This document shows positions 39,014 to 51,628 of a DNA stretch of 64,000 bases, one piece after another. Numbering within the stretch: position 1 is the first letter of the stretch; the number at the start of each line of letters is the position of its first letter. The translations under genes were made by a program, and so were the position numbers. The notes under the pieces were generated by a model. The model worked only from the letters and a program-made list of their open reading frames with translations. It was not told the DNA's origin and searched no databases. The stretch is from positions 65,348,001 through 65,412,000 of the forward strand of contig NC_043010.1 of assembly GCF_006345805.1 (NCBI RefSeq). The letters run 5' to 3'. Source of the DNA: Octopus sinensis. Taxonomy: Eukaryota.

Positions 39014-39882
39014 AAATATTGAGGGAGATAAATTAATATTAATTTTAATATCAATTTAAAACCAGTAGTCCAGCATTCAAAAAATCTGAGGAGTCAGAGA
39101 AAATTCAAATATATGTGTATATTGGCAGGGCTGGCCTGCTAGGTAGCCGGCCAGAATGCTAGAAGAAGATCATCAACGATCAAACTACAAGGGAAATTCT
39201 CTAGAGGAAGAATTCAGCGAACACCAGAACCAACTTTGGCGGTCAGGACATATGAAAAATTAAATAAAAAACAGACTTAAATGTATACCTCGGTTTCGGT
39301 CTTAACAAAAGAATTACTTGCATAATTCAAGTGTCCGTGACTTCATCAGTACATTCGGTCCTCGAGACGCAAACCGCAAGACTAACCCCAGCTCTCTGTG
39401 TCAAGACAGACACGTGCTTAGTCTTACTGATTACATCGGGAATAAAATTTCAAATGTCTTGGTTCTGGCGCGCTAAGAGACTCCTGAAGCGAAGGGCTGC
39501 AGTGAATAATTCACTGCTGGTAGTGCTTACAACTAGGGAACGTATTTATTTAAATATTTAAATATTGAGGGAGATAAATTAATATTAATTTTAATATCAA
39601 TTTAAAACCAGTAGTCCAGCATTCAAAAAATCTGAGGAGTCAGAGAAAATTCAAATATATGTGTATATTGGCAGGGCTGGCCTGCTAGGTAGCCGGCCAG
39701 AATGCTAGAAGAAGATCATCAACGATCAAACTACAAGGGAAATTCTCTAGAGGAAGAATTCAGCGAACACCAGAACCAACTTTGGCGAGCAGGACATATG
39801 AAAAATTAAATAAAAAACAGACTTAAATGTATACTTAAATGTATATACACATATATTTGAATTTTCTCTGACTCCTCAGATT

Positions 39883-39885
<3 letters not shown>
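39010..39885 (-). mobile_element. non-coding hammerhead-bearing element (retrozyme-/PLE pLTR-like), 546-bp period
   Basis: 279-bp direct repeats 39010-39288 and 39556-39834 (I saw 2 substitutions); hammerhead spans the junction; 39843-39885 is an inverted copy of ~39627-39668. Confidence 0.78.
39280..39355 (-). ncRNA. type I hammerhead ribozyme
   Basis: AATGTA-CTGATGA-A-GTC..(37 nt incl. GAATTA/TAATTC hairpin)..GAC-C-GAAAC-CGAG-GTA/TACATT; 6-bp stem I; predicted cut between 39286 and 39285. Confidence 0.8.
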
Positions 39886-39914
<29 letters not shown>

Positions 39915-40685
39915 CGTATATACGACGGGCTTCTTTCAGTTTCCGTCTACCAAATCTACTTACAAGGCTTTGGTCGGCCCGAGACTATAGTAGAAGAAAC
40001 TTGCCCAAGGTCCCACGCAGTGGGACTGAACCTGTAACCATGTGGTTGGTAAACAAGCTACTTACCACACAGCCACTCCTTACTAAAGCCTTAAGTGAAT
40101 TATAAAAATAAAATTTCATATAAGACAGTGTTGGCAATTGCTTCAATTGAGGTATTACTAGTGAGTTCACAGTGTTTTGTTTCAGTGCTATACTGTACTA
40201 CAGGATTTATCTATAGATTTTAGCCTCTATTGTGTATAATAGCTACATGTAAAAACCCTTGTCTTTATATGTATTATCTTTATGAACAGAAAATTTGGGA
40301 TCAAAGTTTTAATCATCTGCTAGAACTTCATCAGCAAGTTACAACTCTGAAGAACACAGGATAATATATTTCTACCAGACATTTCTTAAAGGTACAAGTT
40401 TTGTTAAAAATACAAGCCAGCCAGGGGACGTCACTGCCTGACTATTTTTCGGGTGTAAAACGTGTTAAGATACAAATACCTCGAACAAGATTAAAACGAA
40501 TCTCACTATGGTACTTTTGCATTTTACGAGATCAGCCACTGATAGAACAGTTATGTTACAGTGGCAAAAAAAGATACCGTCTAATATTGTTGCTACTTAT
40601 AATCTCGTTTATAAATTTTAGAACGAGCTACTTTGCTTGATATATATCTGTGTGTGTGTGTGCGTGTGTGTGTGTGTGTGTGTGA

Positions 40686-40985
40686 GAGCGCAATGGTACA
40701 GTGGTTAGGGCAGCGGACTCGCAGTCGTACGATCGCAGTTTCGATTCCCAGACCGGCCATTGTGGGTGTTTATTGAGCGAAAACACCTAAGGCCCACGAG
40801 ACTCCGGTAGTGGGGGGGGGCGATCCCTTCTGTACTCTTTCGCCACAAATTTCTCTCACTCTTTCTTCTGTTGGCCTGCTCGCTTAGCCAGCGGGGAGGG
40901 GTCATTTGAAGGCTAAAACAATGCGAAGCGAATTGTGACCAGCGATGTGTAGCAACATCTGATAGCCTGGTCGGTCACGTGATCA
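40686..40985 (+). mobile_element. SINE type C variant with a different 3' body
   Basis: first ~180 nt match the head of 33356-33738; the tail is unrelated. Confidence 0.8.
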
Positions 40986-40989
40986 CGTG

Positions 40990-41036
<47 letters not shown>

Positions 41037-41329
41037 CATACATATATATATATATATACATACATATATATATATATATATAGATATGTATATATGTATA
41101 TAATATATATACATATATACATATATATAACATATATATATATATGTATATATAAATACATATATATACACACATATATATAATAATAATAAATATATAT
41201 ATGTATATATATGCAATATATATATACATACATATACATATATATACATATATACATATATATACATATAATATACATATATATATACTATATAATATAT
41301 ATATAATATATATATATATACATATTATA

Positions 41330-42584
41330 CGAGGGACGTTCAATAAGTTATGCCTCTGACCCACTTGCATTTGTTTGTATCTCTATAGATTAAGTAGCAA
41401 TTACAGCTCTGAACTAATTGTAGTTTCTGATTTACAGGTGTTTGAACTGAGTCAAGTGTGAAATGGAGCCTGTTGAGTGTGAAGCAGTGATCCAGTTTTT
41501 GTATTTGAAAGGATGCACACCACGGGAGACTTTTGATGAAATGAAAGTAACTTATGGTGATGATGCCTCATCATATGACCTTGTAAAACGCTGGCATCAT
41601 GAGTTCAAACACGGTCGGAACTCTGTGGAAACAGCTCGTAGATCTGGTTGCCCCCTTCTGCCATTGATAAGGCATCTGTCCGTCAAGTTGAGGCTGCCAT
41701 TTTGGCAGATCGACGCATAACTATTCGCCAAATAGCCCATGAGGTCAAGATTAGTACCGGGTCTGTGGAAACTATCATTCACGACCATTTGCATATGCAA
41801 AAGGTGTCTGCCAGATGGATTCCCGGGTTGCTCACACCTTTCCAGAAGCAAGAACGCGTCGAGTGCTCGAGGATGAATTTGGAGATGTGCCAAGAAGATG
41901 AGTCAAAATTTTTCAAAAGACTGATTACACAGAATGAAACCTGAGTCAATCACTATGATCCAGAGACCAAAGCCCAGTCAATGCAGTGGAAGCACCGTGA
42001 CTCACCTCCTCCAAAGATGGCAAGGGTTCAGCCCTCCGCTGGCATGGTCATGCTCACAGTCTTTCGGGACCAGGACGGAGTAGTGATGACAGATTTCCTG
42101 GCAAAGGGTACCACAATTACAGGAGCCTATTATGCTTCACTTTTGAGGAAATTAAGAGAAGCTATCAAAATCAAGAGGCGGGGCAAGATCAGCAAAGGCA
42201 TCCTCCTCCTGCAGGACAACGCTCCGGTCCACAACTCGCGTGTCGCCAGATCAGAAGCACAGGCGTGCTGCTATGAACTCCTCCCAACCTCCCTACTCTC
42301 CTGACCTTGCACCCTCTAATTTTCACCTCTTCCCAGCCATGAAGTTGTTTTTGAAAGGAAAGCGTTTTCCAGATGATGCAGCCTTGATTTCTGAAGTTAC
42401 GTCGTGGTTGGAGGACCAAGCTAGGGTCTTCTACAAAAACGGTCTCCAGAGCTGCATCAAACGATGGGAGAAATGCGTAACTGTGGGTGGTTCCTATGTA
42501 GAAAAAGACTAATAACTGTGCCAAGTTTCGTTGCTCTTCTGCTAAGGGAAGTGGGTCAGGGGCATTACTTATTGAACGCCCCTC

Positions 42585-42585
<1 letters not shown>
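41330..42585 (+). mobile_element. full-length mariner (irritans/Hsmar2-like), 1256 bp
   Basis: 37-bp TIRs CGAGGGACGTTCAATAAGTTATGCCTCTGACCCACTT (34/37 match), TA TSDs at 41328-41329 and 42586-42587. Confidence 0.95.
41463..42512 (+). pseudogene. inactivated mariner D,D34D transposase
   Basis: HTH, WIPGLL, QDNAPVH and YSPDLAPSN motifs; frameshifts at ~41650 and ~42285, TGA at 41942-41944; first and third catalytic Asp appear as Asn. Confidence 0.92.
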
Positions 42586-42627
<42 letters not shown>

Positions 42628-43018
42628 TAAAAAAATATATAGAAAATGCACAAAGGAAAACAGATACAGAATGGCAAGTTTTAAAAAATCGTATGTTTAA
42701 TGCACAAATGAACGGCGAACATACTAAATGAACGGAAAACAAACAGAAGCCCCTAATTCCTCGTCAATTATTGACCAGAGGGTAATTACACAATTTCGTG
42801 CCTTTAACGATAAGATTATTTCTCAGCTGGAGGCATCCACAATAGTTGCGGAGGTTGTTGAACCGAGAACAAACAAAGAATACATGAATAACAAGCGATA
42901 CAGAAGCAGACATACAATGATGAATACATGTAAGGCGACGGATGAAAAGCAATGACTAAATAAAAAAAAATAGAATGCAGCCTAAAGACAAAATGAAGAT
43001 GAAGCCCATATTTGTGGC

Positions 43019-43418
43019 TGTGTGGTAAGAAGCTTGCTTCCCTCCCTCCCAAATGATTCCAGGTTGAATCCCACTGCGTGGCACCTTGGGCAGGTGTCTT
43101 CTACTATAGCCTCGAATCTACCAAAGCCTTATGAGTGGGTGTGGCAGATGGAAACTAAAAGAAGCCCGTCCTATATATGGTTGTATATATTTGTGTGTCT
43201 GTATTTGTCCCCCACCACCACCACCACCATTACTTGACAACCGATGCTGGTGTGTTTACGTCCCTTTGACTTCGCGGTTCGGCAAAGGAGTCTGAAAGAA
43301 TAAGTACTAGGCTTACAAAGAATAAGTCCTGGGGTCGATTTGTTCGACTGAAACCCATTAAGGTGGTGCTCCAGCATGGACGCAGTCAAATGATTGAAAC
43401 AAGTAAAAGAATAAAAGT
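43019..43418 (+). mobile_element. near full-length SINE type B
   Basis: TGGCTGTGTGGTAAGAAGCTTGCTT...GAAACAAGTAAAAGAATAAAAG. Confidence 0.88.
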
Positions 43419-43628
43419 ATATATATATATATACCTGTGTGTGTGTATTTATGTATGTATCAATGTATAATATATATGTTTGTATATTTATACATACTCA
43501 CAGATAAATATGTTTATACATGTATATATATATATATATACATATGTGTATATATATGTATGCATTTATGTATGTATATATATATATATATATACATATA
43601 TACGTATATATATATATATATATATATA

Positions 43629-46199
43629 TATCTATACAATATGTTACATTACTCGGTAGTCAAGATAAAACTCTGAGTTTCAGATGCCGAAGTGGAAATC
43701 CACAACACCATCTCTTCGTTATCTGGCTATTTGAAAACGTTATGAAAAATACCGTTAAAAATGAAGGGAAATTACTCTGTTATAACTCTGCTTTGCCTGC
43801 GTACTTATACATCGCTCGCATTTTTCGTCATAAAAATTATATAAAAATACATAAAATATAAAAGATATATAAAAATATATAAAATCTTCTTGGGACATAA
43901 CACAGAAAGCATGTTCTATCCGTTTTCTTTAGGGACCAAAAACATAACAGAAATTTAGTCACATGTGGGCATGATCCGAAAAGCTCTGTCCTTGTATTTA
44001 GACATGTGGTAGGGTCTAAGCTGCTTTTCCAGATAAGCCATCTCTCCATGTCGCATAAACCGCACCTTCCGCTGCCGTTAGTATAGGCTTACATCTGGCC
44101 AAAATCTTCCATTGTATGTTTATAATCGACACCTTTATCTCTTAAAGACCAAATATGATTGGATAATTGTGTCGCTTTTCTTTTGTTCCAGTGCCTAAAG
44201 CTCAAAGTGTGGTTATTGAACCTGGCCTTGAAATTACCCTCTGTCAGGCCCACGTATTTCTTCGTCGAAACGGTGTCTTTAGTGGTTATAGAGTTTACGG
44301 TAGCTTCATATATTACTATTAAAGACCACAAAGAAAACTTCCTTTCCAACCCTAAATGTAGGCTTATCAACCCAGCCAAGTCAGAACTAGGGATTATTAG
44401 CAAAGAAATTTTAGATAAAATAAATACGAAATTAAGACCGATACTAGGCTAGTGCAATGGTCCAATAGTATAGAAGTCGTAGACTGGTTTAAAGCTATTA
44501 AGAATAAGAAAAAGCGAGGTTTACACAATTCGATATTGTTGATTTTTATGCCTCTATCTCTAAGAACTGCTAGATAAAGCCCTAATCTTCGCTAGTGACT
44601 TCATAGAAATTAGTACCAATGATAAGGATATAATCTTCCATGCTGAAAATTACTTTCAGTGAGAATGCAAAGTGGGTAAAAAACACCGACACGGAGGGCG
44701 CTTTCGATGTGAGCATAGGTTCATATGATGGGGCAGGCATCTGTGATCTAATTGGACTCTTTCTCCTAGATACCTTCGGTAAGACATTCCCTAACGTACA
44801 TTTCGCCATCTACAAATGATGCCCTCGCCTTAACAGCTAATACAAATGGACCAGCACAAGATCGTTTTAGGAAGGATATTATCCAGTTAATGAAACACTT
44901 CGGACTTAGTATAACTATAACACTAACCTGACGGTTGTCAATTTCTTAGACGTTTCCTTAGATCTAATAATAATATTTATAAGCCTTATAGGAAGCCCAA
45001 TGATAGACTAAGTTATATTAATGTAGGTTCATGCCATCCCCCTATAGTATTCAAAAATTTAGTTAAAAATATTAGTAAGAGGATTTTCTAGCCTCTCATC
45101 TAATGAGGACAATCTTCATAGCGTTGCCCCAGTTTATAATAAAGCTTTAAAGATAGTGGTTTTAAGCGAAAAAAAAAAATATACACCTATCCCCAGCCCC
45201 AACAATAAGGAAAAGGAATAATAGAAATAGGAGGTCATCTGGTTTACGCCCCCTTACTCACCCGAGGTGGCCTTCATATAGGTAAATATTTCCTAGCACT
45301 GATAGATAGACATTTTCCAGTTTTAACCATGCTTATAGGAACTCTTTAATAGACACAATTTAAAAATAGTTTTAGTCAACTACCAATTTTAAAAACATAA
45401 TCAATCATAGCATACAAAAAACACAAAGAAAAACAGCTGTTCATGCAGGAATAAAGAATTGTGCCCGCTAAATGGAGCTTGCATGTCCAAGACCATCATA
45501 TATGAGCTACCGTAACTACTCTATAACCTAAAGACCACTAAAGACACCGTTTCGACGAAGAAATACGTGGGCCTGACAGAGGGTAATTTCAAGGCCAGGT
45601 TCAATAACCACACTTTGAGCTTTAGCACTGGAACAAAGAAAAGCGACACAATTATCCAATCATATTTGGTCTTTAAGAGATAAAGGTGTCGATTATAACA
45701 TACAATGGAAGATTTTGGCCAGATGTAAGCCCTATACTAACGCAGCGGAAGGTGCGGTTTATGCGACATGGAGAGATGGCTTATCTGGAAAAGCAGCTTA
45801 GACCCTACCACACATGTCTAAATACAAGGACAGAGCTTTTCGGATCATGCCCACATGTGACTAAATTTCTGTTATGTTTTTTGGTCCCCTAAAGAAAACG
45901 GATAGAACATGCTTTCTGGTGTTATGTCCCAAGAAGATTTTTATATATTTTTATATATTTTTTATATATTTTTATGTATTTTTATATAATTTTTATGACG
46001 AAAAATGCGAGCGATGTATAAGTACGCAGGCAAAGCAGAGTTATAACAGAGTAATTTCCCTTCATTTTTAACGGTATTTTTTCATAACGTTTTCAAATAG
46101 CCAGATAACCGAAGAGATGGTGTTGTGGATTTCCACTTCGGCATCTGAAACTCAGAGTTTTATCTTGACTACCGAGTAATGTAACATATTGTATAGATA
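43629..46199 (+). mobile_element. 5'-truncated Penelope-like element (RT + GIY-YIG) with ~0.7-kb inverted arms
   Basis: ITIKDHKENFLSNPKCRLINPAKSELG, FDIVDFY, GSYDGAGICDLIG, VNFLDVSLDL, WFTPPYS, KYVGLTEGNFKARFNNH; 43629-44312 is the reverse complement of ~45498-46199; many frameshifts. Confidence 0.9.
46103..46165 (+). ncRNA. degenerate hammerhead in the PLE pLTR (mirror copy 43663-43724, minus strand)
   Basis: AGATAA-CCGAAGA-GATG..CATC-T-GAAAC-TCAGAG-TT/TTATCT; stem I and III intact, U4 substituted here and missing in the mirror copy. Confidence 0.5.
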
Positions 46200-46348
46200 A
46201 ATTTCCTCTGTTACATAATATTGAGGTCTCTTTCTTTCTTTTGTTATCTTACCGTTTTATAATATAATATATATATTATATATATATATATTATATATTA
46301 TATATATATATAGATATATTATATATATATATATATATATAATATACG

Positions 46349-46419
<71 letters not shown>

Positions 46420-47154
46420 ACACACACCAGAGAGATAGACACGTGTGTGTGGTGTGTTTTATGCATGCTCGCGTATATCTATGTCTGTCTGTTCAACGAC
46501 GAAAGATGAAGTATGGAAGATGTCGATTGAAGACATCTGTTGAAGGATTATCCGGATTTACCATCTAGGTTAACGCTGTGTAAATGGAAAATCTAAAATC
46601 CTTTAACTTTCTATATTATTGAACCACTAGACACATCAGCTGTCTTTTCTGAATCATCTTCCATCTCTTTTTTCTTTCTCAGTCTTCCGCTCCATCTCAC
46701 GCTTACTTTACCTTCTCATTTGCCTATCAACATTTCATTCTTTTATCTTTTATCTTTTATTTTTATCTTTTATTTATATCAATCATTAGACTGCGGCCAT
46801 GCTAGGGCCATAAGTCGATGGTTTTAAGTCGAGAGCAGCTTGCACAAAGCCACAACGACTCCCACTTGCAAGAAGCCTAGAGACAAGCAAAGTGCAAGAT
46901 TCCAGGTTCAGTATAGTGTCGGTGTTTACACACCAGTTAGGCTTCTCCTAAAGGGATGCCTTAGCAAAGACCAGGGGTCCTCACTCCCAGTGGGATTACT
47001 GCAACCTCAATCACCAACCCGAAAGTTTCTACGTACTGTACTGTCACACACATGTTAAGTAACCCATAGTTGGGACCCTGACTGGCGCTACAAATCTAGG
47101 TCAAAGTAGATCTGTGGAAATTAGTGACATACATACATACACAAACGCACGCAT

Positions 47155-47280
<126 letters not shown>

Positions 47281-47329
47281 GCTCTCTTTCTCTTTATTAA
47301 ATTTTACTTACAAGGTATGGCTCAATACA

Positions 47330-47561
47330 TATTTCTTTACTACCCACAAGGGGTCAAACATACAAGAGACAAACAAGGACAGACAGACGGATTAAGTCGA
47401 TTATATCGACCCCAATGCCAACCTGTACTTAATTTATCGACCCCGAAAAGATGAAAGGCAAAGTCGACCTCGGCGGAATTTGAACTCAGAACGTAACGGC
47501 AGACGATATACCGCAAAGCATTTCGTCCGGCGTGCTAACGTTTCTGCCAGCTCGCCGCCTT
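47330..47561 (-). mobile_element. full-length SINE type A with 15-bp TSD
   Basis: TSD GTATGGCTCAATACA at 47315-47329 and 47562-47576. Confidence 0.92.
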
Positions 47562-47589
47562 GTATGGCTCAATACAAGCCTACAGTTAG

Positions 47590-48010
47590 TTAGTTAATTT
47601 TTTGGCTCAAAAATCAAAATGCAAGTCCATGTAGGGGGACATGGAGTTATGTACAGGGTGGTGTTCATGTAAAGAGTTCAGGCCATTTGTGGTCAAGGGA
47701 GACTTTGAACCGAGCGGTCGTCGGCATCTTCACCATCTCGTCCGGCAGCTTATTCCACGGATCCGCAACCCGGGCGGAGAAAGCCCCTCTCCTTCGATTG
47801 AGATGAAATCGTCGCATATAGAGCTTTCGGAGTGACCCCGCAGCCCACGCTCTGGAGCAGGAGTGAAGAACAGTTCTTTCGAGAGGTTACACTTTCCGCT
47901 CATGATGTTGTGAGCAAGAATGAGATCACTACGGCGTCGTCGTATTTCGGCATCTGCCCAAGATACCGCGAAGGAAATCGGAGCCAGGAATTGAAACCGT
48001 TTCTTATTGG
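47590..48010 (-). mobile_element. CR1-type LINE 3' fragment
   Basis: minus strand RRRRSDLILAHNIMSG...GLRGHSE.LY..RFHLNRRRGAFSARVADPWNKLPDEMV...FKVSLD, the typical CR1/L2 C-terminus. Confidence 0.75.
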
Positions 48011-48521
48011 AAGCTAACCGTTTTCATCCGTGCTTATGTGTATGCGCGTTGGCACGCGTGTTATTTTTAATTTTACTCTTGTTGTTGAATTTTTGTCGTT
48101 GTATTTTTTGTTTGTTTGTTTCTATCTCCTCAAGTGAATCGGACGGGAGACTATATAACATAATCCAGAGCTGACAACGCCTAAACATTGCAATGTTCAC
48201 AACTAATCCACACATTAACACTGATACTGACTTCAGACTGACTACGCGCCGTACATTTTGTATCTTCCTCATTTTAGAAACTTGCCGTTTTATCTACGCG
48301 GCTAGAGTTGCTGCTATGCGCGTATTTGTAGTGCATATCTCTGTAAGTCTATGCAAATGTATACCAATGATCTGAGTATGTGTGTATTTGAGTTGTATGT
48401 ATGCATATCTGTATGTGTTTGTAGTGTTGTCGACATGGGTATTTGTCTGTGGGTATATCTCATGTTGCACGCGTCTCTGTGTATGGTGTACATGTGTACG
48501 TCAATGCGCGTATGCTCATGT

Positions 48522-48577
<56 letters not shown>

Positions 48578-48584
48578 ATGTATA

Positions 48585-48833
48585 GACAGACAGAGAGACA
48601 GACAGATAGACAAACAGACAGATAGATAGATGGATGGATGGATGGATGGATAGATAGATAGATAGATAGATAGATATAGATAGATAGATAATAGATAGAT
48701 AGATAGGTAGGTAGATAGATAGATAGATAGATAGATATAGATGATAGATAGATAGATAGAGATATATAGATAGATAGATGGATGGATGGATGGATGGATG
48801 GATGGATGGATGGATTGGATGGATGGATGGATG

Positions 48834-48872
<39 letters not shown>

Positions 48873-48908
48873 GGATGGATGGATGGATGGATGGATAGAT
48901 AGACAGAC

Positions 48909-48990
<82 letters not shown>

Positions 48991-49132
48991 ACAGACAGAC
49001 AGAAATATAGGTAGAGAGACAGACAGACAGACAGACAGACAAACTGAAAGACAGATAGATAGACTGACAGACAATTAGACTGACAGACTGACAGACTGAG
49101 AGACAGATAGACAGATGTATAGATAGATAGAT

Positions 49133-49192
<60 letters not shown>

Positions 49193-49210
49193 TTAGATAG
49201 ATAGATAGAT
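48585..49210. repeat. compound (GACA)/(GATA)/(GATG) microsatellite
   Basis: direct. Confidence 0.95.
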
Positions 49211-49677
49211 GTGTGTGGTGTGTGTGTCGTTGTTATATTTTTGTTTGTGTAGTTGTTCGTAAATGAGCATATGAGAGTATAGGTGAGCGCATGTAAGTGT
49301 ATTCCTATCTATGTGTGTGTGTGTGTGTCTACGTGTGTGTGCGCGTGTGAATGTGTTCGCATGTGCGTATGTCTTTAGAACAACACCTCAGCTGAAGGAT
49401 GTTCAAGGATGTATCACATGGAAAGCTAATCCACTGAAGTATATCCCTGAGTAATAAGAGAGAAAGAGGGGGAGGAGGAGGAGAAGGGAAGAGAGAGAGG
49501 GAGAAGAGCTCCTGCAAAGTGATGTGTAATAAATATCATTGAAACCATGAACACATCGTAACAACGCCATGAGTTGATAATGCGATGTTTACTTCTCAAT
49601 GAATCCACTCGTTTACTCGCTTTAATCAAACACCCAAACTAGCTGAGAAGTGTCTTCCTTACACACACGTACGCACG

Positions 49678-49708
<31 letters not shown>

Positions 49709-50059
49709 GCATAAAAACATATGAGCATACCATTATCGCTTTTGTATTTCATGTTTTTGTATTTCATTATTGTTTTTTGTTTTTTATATTCGTGTGGCAC
49801 CGTCCGTTTTGCTGTCCCTGTGTTCGTATGCATTCGATCCTTCTTCCAGGAAATCTACGCTCCTAGCTTAGTTTTTCCTGGAGGGCTGGCCGGATCTAGT
49901 AATCTCAAGATTAATCAGCCGAAATTACTACGATGATCCGGTTCTTGACTGAAGACTGAGGGCTTCGAATGTCCTGTCCTTGTTTGTTGTATCGTCTTCT
50001 AAGTGTTATGCGTTCTTGTCACAGTTTGTATATTTTTTTTTTTTTACATATCGTACATG

Positions 50060-50400
50060 CCGTTCAGTCCCACTGCGTGGCATCTTGGGCAAGTGTCTTC
50101 TGCTATAGCCCCGGGCCGACCAATGCCTTGTGAGTGGATTTGGTAGACGGAAACTGAAAGAAGCCTGTCGTATATATATATATATATGTGTGTGTGTGTT
50201 TGTGTGTCTGTGCTTGTCCCCCTAGCATCGCTTGACAACCGATGCTGGTGTGTTTACGTCCCCGTCACTTAGCGGTTCGGCAAAAAAGAGACCGATAGAA
50301 TAAGTACTGGGCTTTCAAAGAATAAGTCCCGGGGTCGAGTTGCTCGATTAAAAGGCGGTGCTCCAGCATGGCCGCAGTCAAATGACTGAAACAAGTAAAA
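50060..50400 (+). mobile_element. SINE type B, 5'-truncated
   Basis: GTTCAGTCCCACTGCGTGGCATCTTGGG...GACTGAAACAAGTAAAA. Confidence 0.88.
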
Positions 50401-50460
50401 AAAAAAATAAATAAATAAATAAAAGAGAATATCATAATATATATATATATATATATATAG

Positions 50461-50685
50461 TAAGTAATTAAGGGTTTAGCAACGATTTGCCTCACCACAC
50501 ACCGAATTTAGAAATAGCAGTCAAAGAGTTATAGCTATTTCTTTCTACCGAATTTAGAAATAGCAGTCAAAGAGTTATAGCTATTCTTTCTACTTTTAGT
50601 AGAAAGAATAGCTATAACTCTTTGACTGCTATTTCTAAATTCAGTGTGTGGTGAGGCAAATCGTTGCTAAACCCTTAATTACTTA
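50461..50685. mobile_element. foldback MITE with a tandem duplication in the left arm
   Basis: TAAGTAATTAAGGGTTTAGCAACGATTTGCCTCACCACAC arm mirrored at 50645-50685; the ~45-bp inner segment CGAATTTAGAAATAGCAGTCAAAGAGTTATAGCTATT(T)CTTTCTAC is present twice on the left, once inverted on the right. Confidence 0.9.
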
Positions 50686-50792
50686 GTATTACTTAAACTT
50701 TCCTCGAATGAGGCTTTTACATGCCGAAATCTACTTGGTGAAATTAATGATTATTCCAAATTAATTAATTTGACCCTATATTATTACTGATA

Positions 50793-50835
<43 letters not shown>

Positions 50836-50838
50836 TTA

Positions 50839-51210
50839 CTAGCAGTATCGCCCGGCGTTGCTTGGGTTTGTAAGGGAAATAACTATAAAGCATTTTTAGA
50901 GAGTTATAGCCAAAAAATGGGAAAAAAATGATGGTAAATTTTTTTTTTAGTTAAAAAGGTCGAGTTGCGTCCCCTAGACAGTCTGTGGTTTGTGTTTCTG
51001 ATTCTCGACCCCATGTCGAATTTATCGATTTTTGTCAGAACTGGGGGAACTTTTCAAAATTTTCGCTGCGTTAGTTTTGAATTATGACATTGGGCTATGT
51101 GTGTGTCAAGTTTCATCAGAATCGGTTGAAAGCCGTGGTCAGGGTGAGGCTACAACCTGACAGACACACAGAAACACACACAGACAAACTTCCGTTTATA
51201 TATAGAGAGA
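50839..51210 (-). mobile_element. non-autonomous Helitron sharing its 3' end with 31949-32465
   Basis: A/TCTCTCTATATATAAA...hairpin-CTAG/T; last ~75 nt almost identical to the first Helitron. Confidence 0.83.
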
Positions 51211-51242
51211 TATATATATATGTATGTATGTATGTATGTAAG

Positions 51243-51453
51243 TATTCTTTTGTTTAAGTCTTCTGACTGCGACGATGCTGGAGGACCACCTTTCAGTCGA
51301 AGAAGTCTTCCCCTGGACATATTCTTTGCAAGTCTGGTGCTTATTCTATCGGACTCTTCTGCCGAGCCGCTAAGTTACGGTGACGTATGCCCACCAACAT
51401 CGGTTGTCAAGTGATAGTGAGGTGGGGTAAATACAGACAAAAGTATACACACA

Positions 51454-51494
<41 letters not shown>

Positions 51495-51628
51495 GATGCG
51501 CTTCTTTCAGTTTCCGTCTAACAAATCTACCGGCAAGGCTTTGGTTGGCCCGAGGGTATACTAGAAGACACTTGCCCAAGGTGCCACGCAGCGGGACTGA
51601 ACCCGGAACCATGTGGTTGGGAAGCAAG
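51243..51628 (-). mobile_element. SINE type B
   Basis: both halves present around a TA tract. Confidence 0.82.

Larger units (their letters stand above)
38725..40081 (-). mobile_element. SINE type B split by the 39010-39885 insert (5' half 40081-39921, 3' half 38935-38725)
   Basis: both halves collinear on the minus strand and each abuts a (TA)n tract. Confidence 0.82.
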
